Shown here piece by piece: positions 17,381 through 21,445 of a DNA stretch of 21,445 nucleotides. The DNA comes from Microcoleaceae cyanobacterium (lineage in GTDB: Bacteria > Cyanobacteriota > Cyanobacteriia > Cyanobacteriales > Microcoleaceae). Numbering within the stretch: position 1 is the first letter of the stretch; every line of letters starts with the position of its first letter. The notes beneath the pieces were generated by a model. It saw only the letters and a program-made list of their open reading frames with translations. It was not told where the DNA came from and did no database searches. The stretch is taken from the NCBI GenBank assembly GCA_051652765.1, contig JBOFUV010000049.1, forward strand, positions 1 to 21,445. The letters run 5' to 3'. A program made the translations under genes and the position numbers.

Positions 17381-19297
17381 ATGAAGCGAATCAATGAACG
17401 CTTAAAAACCGAAGTTTTAGTGGTTGGGGGTGGGACAGGAGGAACTGCCGCCGCACTCCAATCGGCACGCAAGGGAGCTAAAACCCTGTTGGTAAGCGAG
17501 TTTCCCTGGTTGGGAGGCATGTTAACAGCAGCAGGGGTCTCAGCGCCCGATGGGAATGAATTGCTGCCGTTTCAAACCGGAATTTGGGGCAGGTTTTTGC
17601 AAGAACTTTACCGCCGTCATCCTGAAGGTTTAGACCACGGTTGGGTGAGTTTTTTTAACTTCGATCCCCGAATTGGGGCTGAAATCTTTGCCGATTGGGT
17701 GAGCCAGCAGCCGAACTTACACTGGATCTCGGGCTCCTCTCCCTTGGAGGTTTTGCGACAAGGGGACAGAATTACGGGGGTTCGGTTTGCTGATTTCACG
17801 GTTGATGCTCAGATTACCCTGGATGCAACGGAGTTGGGGGATATTTTGGCTCTAGGGGAGGTGCCCTATCGTTGGGGTTGGGAATTTCAGTCTGAGTGGC
17901 AGGAACCGAGTGCTCCCCTCTGCCCTAACGATCTGACTCAACGATATCCCGTTCAGGCCCCAACCTGGGTGGCATTGCTCCAGGATTTTGGACAGGATCT
18001 GGCCCCGGAAATTTCAGCCCCTCCGGTTGATTACCCTGAAGGGTTCACCCAGGCTTGGACACCCTATGGAGCCCAAGCTTTTCTTAACTATGGTCGCTTA
18101 CCCGGAACGTTAATGATGATCAACTGGCCCCATTGTGGCAATGATTACGGTGAGGGGCTAGATCGGCTGGTCGGTTCAGACCAAGACCGTCAGGAATTTT
18201 TGCAAGAAAGTTTCTGGCACACCCAGAGCTTTATGCGCTGGATTCAAACTCAACTGGGCCAACGGTATGGCTTAGCAACAGGAATTTTTCCCGATGTAGA
18301 CCGCTTACAGGTTCAAAGCAGTCACCTTCGAGATCGCGCGCAAAGTAGCCGACAAACCTTAGGGGTTGGTTCTTCCTGGCATACCGCTTTTGCGCTCCAT
18401 CCCTACTACCGAGAAAGTCGCCGTCTGCAAGGAATAACAACGGTAACTGAGTCGCAAATTTTACCAATGTCCGGGGGGGCGGTGGCCCGTTTGCCGATTG
18501 ATGCCTCCGGAACCTGTGAGGCGATCGCCCTAGGCAACTATCCCAATGATCATCACTATCCAGGGTATGCCTTTCCAGTCAACTTAAAGCAGTTCCGTTG
18601 GGGGGGACGTTGGACAGGAACCCCCTTTGCCCTACCCTATCGTGCCTTGGTTCCAGAGGGTACGGATGGTCTGTTGGTTTGTGAGAAGAATATTTCAGTG
18701 TCTCATATTGCTAACGGTGCAACTCGGCTTCAGCCTGTGGTTTTAGGGATTGGGCAAGCAGCGGGAATGGCGGCAGCTCTATGTGTTCAGGCCCAGTGTC
18801 AACCTCGGAATTTAGCGGTACAGACCTTGCAGGATGCCTTATTGTGTGATTCAGTCGCGCCGATGGCCTTAGTTCCTATATTTAACTTACCTCTGCATCA
18901 TCCTCAATGGCTGGCTTGGCAACGCTACTACTTGAGTCATCCTGAAGCTTATCCAGCCAATGGACACTGTCTTTTGTCTGAGAGTTGTGAGCAACCGTTG
19001 CCGTTAGGATTAGGTCAACTATCCCCTTCAAACCTTAAGCTGGGTCAACTCCAGCAACCCTTGCAACAGCAACCCTTGCAACAACACTTTCTAGGCCAGT
19101 TTCACAGGATTCAGGAGCAGGACTATCGTCTGACCTTGAACTATCCTGTTTATTTAGTCGGTCAAACTTGGACATTGCTAACAGTAGAGTCCCAGATCAA
19201 TCAACAGTTACAAAATGTCCCCAATCAATCTTTTCTCGCAGTTTGGGGCCGAATGAATTCCGGGGGACAATGGATTAGGGTAGACAGAATTGACTGA
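17381..19297 (+). CDS. FAD-dependent oxidoreductase
   Basis: VLVVGGGTGGTAAA Rossmann motif, LGGMLT, DATELGD, YYRESRRL and SHIANGATRLQP. Confidence 0.9.
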   Translation: MKRINERLKTEVLVVGGGTGGTAAALQSARKGAKTLLVSEFPWLGGMLTAAGVSAPDGNELLPFQTGIWGRFLQELYRRHPEGLDHGWVSFFNFDPRIGAEIFADWVSQQPNLHWISGSSPLEVLRQGDRITGVRFADFTVDAQITLDATELGDILALGEVPYRWGWEFQSEWQEPSAPLCPNDLTQRYPVQAPTWVALLQDFGQDLAPEISAPPVDYPEGFTQAWTPYGAQAFLNYGRLPGTLMMINWPHCGNDYGEGLDRLVGSDQDRQEFLQESFWHTQSFMRWIQTQLGQRYGLATGIFPDVDRLQVQSSHLRDRAQSSRQTLGVGSSWHTAFALHPYYRESRRLQGITTVTESQILPMSGGAVARLPIDASGTCEAIALGNYPNDHHYPGYAFPVNLKQFRWGGRWTGTPFALPYRALVPEGTDGLLVCEKNISVSHIANGATRLQPVVLGIGQAAGMAAALCVQAQCQPRNLAVQTLQDALLCDSVAPMALVPIFNLPLHHPQWLAWQRYYLSHPEAYPANGHCLLSESCEQPLPLGLGQLSPSNLKLGQLQQPLQQQPLQQHFLGQFHRIQEQDYRLTLNYPVYLVGQTWTLLTVESQINQQLQNVPNQSFLAVWGRMNSGGQWIRVDRID

Positions 19298-19320
19298 GAT
19301 AAAATCCCAGTCAATTCTGT
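19284..19320 (+). terminator. Long hairpin over the oxidoreductase stop codon
   Basis: ACAGAATTGACTG (19284-19296) and CAGTCAATTCTGT (19308-19320) form a perfect 13-bp inverted repeat with no U-tail. Confidence 0.55.
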
Positions 19321-19440
19321 GGGCAAAGATAATCTGAAGACAGCATGAAAACCCTTTAGAATTCAGCATTTGTTCCCATTTCAGTGAAAATACGGAGCGG
19401 TTATCCGAAATATTTCACTCCAAAAAATCTTTCAAACTAA

Positions 19441-19470
19441 TCCTGATAGAGCCACTGACTATTTGTATCA
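19441..19470 (+). promoter_or_regulatory. DIF1-like promoter candidate for patX
   Basis: TCCTGA (1 mismatch to the DIF1 hexamer TCCGGA)-N18-GTATCA, ending 30 nt before the ATG. Confidence 0.45.
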
Positions 19471-19500
19471 AGAAATGGACACGTTAAACGGACATTTCTC

Positions 19501-19773
19501 ATGAAAACCCTTTCTGCTTTTGCTTTAGTTGGTGCTCTTCTATTTGTTCCTATGGGTGCTGCTCAAGCTTCTGACAATGAAATTAACGCTCAAGTACAGC
19601 CGTCTCAGTCCGAATATGCTCTCTCTGCCCGAACCAGCAATAATTCCTTCTATCGATTGGCTAGCCGGAGACGTCGATTTGCTGAAGCCCCTCAGTTTGA
19701 TTCCCAGGATTTGTTTCCCCATCGAGGCAGTGGGCGAGTTGCTGACCGTCTAGTTGACGGCAGCCTGTTGTAA
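19501..19773 (+). CDS. patX: PatX: secreted RGSGR-pentapeptide protein, putative HetR inhibitor precursor
   Basis: 90 aa; Sec-like signal peptide MKTLSAFALVGALLFVPMGAAQA; PHRGSGR near the C terminus (RGSGR at 19723-19737); lies between a FAD oxidoreductase and hetR. Confidence 0.9.
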   Translation: MKTLSAFALVGALLFVPMGAAQASDNEINAQVQPSQSEYALSARTSNNSFYRLASRRRRFAEAPQFDSQDLFPHRGSGRVADRLVDGSLL

Positions 19774-19827
19774 TTTCAACCTGATGAAGTCCTTTTACAA
19801 AAACCCACGAAAATTTCAGATTAACCT

Positions 19828-19872
19828 AACTGCCTTTATCTCTAGCTTTGAGGCTAGCGGAAGGCAGTTTTT
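19828..19872 (+). terminator. Rho-independent terminator after patX
   Basis: Outer stem AACTGCCTT...AAGGCAGTT, inner stem CTAGC/GCTAG, ending in TTTTT. Confidence 0.7.
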
Positions 19873-20086
19873 GTCCATATTTAGCTGTAAACAGTAGGTG
19901 CAAGCCTCAGTCAGGGAGGGTATGATGTTGTCAAGTATGCAGGGTGCAACCAACGCATTCTAACTTCTGAGGCGTTTTTACTCTTTGGAGTTTAGTGAAA
20001 GTCAACGTACGTCTGGTGAAAGCAGATCAGGTGACTTGCTAACTGACACTGGGTTAAGATTAAGCAGATTTACTGTAAATCTTTAA

Positions 20087-21049
<963 letters not shown>

Positions 21050-21437
21050 CATTGAAACTCAAGCTGAGTTCAATCCAGGCTTGAACTGGGTTAGCTGACC
21101 AGAAACATCTGGAGGCTTGAGTTGTATCGGAATGCCTAGGTAATACTTGACTTGAAAATAAATTTGACCTTCAATTTGCTTTTTCTCGGTAGTACCTAAC
21201 AGGAAAAAGTAGAAACGTAATTTCTTGAACGTATACTTGATTTTAAAATCAAGTTAACTGATCTTAAGACCCCTTGACAAAACAGCTCTAATTTTATAGC
21301 CAAGTCAACCTGCTAGTGCGCCACATCACGCCACATCTAGAGTAAAAAAAAATTCTTTCCTCCCCCTGTCACTAAATGTGGATCTTGAGGTAGATTGGTA
21401 GAGCGATCATTCTGATGGGTGTGTATCCCTGGAGACT

Positions 21438-21445
21438 ATGCAACA
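21438..21445 (+). CDS. Probable start of the next gene (truncated, unidentifiable)
   Basis: GGAG at 21431-21434 followed by ATG at 21438; TTGACA at 21274-21279 upstream. Confidence 0.35.

Larger units (their letters stand above)
1885..18528. repeat. HIP1 (GCGATCGC) dispersed octamers
   Basis: At least 16 copies, at about 1885, 2453, 2994, 3753, 6916, 7608, 9271, 10531, 11040, 11971, 12875, 12912, 13625, 14326, 16997 and 18521. This is a cyanobacterial hallmark. Confidence 0.95.

Overview
Chromosomal window from a cyanobacterium (at least 16 HIP1 GCGATCGC sites). It is most likely filamentous and non-heterocystous, inferred from the HetR sequence type. Left and middle: 5' end of gltB (NADH-GOGAT large subunit, missed by the ORF track), maf, psbP/cyanoP, an NADPH-dependent FMN reductase, a glycosyltransferase-like gene, MPBQ/MSBQ methyltransferase, a membrane fatty-acid desaturase, a Ser/Thr kinase with 7 WD40 repeats, a DUF3593/DUF2499 pair, csaB, trmB and homogentisate phytyltransferase. 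Right: wzc-wza polysaccharide export genes, divergent from a FAD-dependent oxidoreductase, a 90-aa secreted RGSGR-peptide precursor (patX) and hetR. The most notable element is this patX-hetR inhibitor/activator module, with a DIF1-like promoter candidate and flanking hairpins. The family is known, but patX is often unannotated and its role outside heterocyst formers is unresolved. Non-coding features include a 118-bp MITE/REP-like element with a partial inverted copy, a 22-bp phased repeat array upstream of the desaturase, many 10-15 bp tandem duplications at gene ends, an NtcA-like box and two perfect palindromes around hetR. No transposase, CRISPR array, tRNA or rRNA was seen. All family assignments come from motif recognition; no searches were run.
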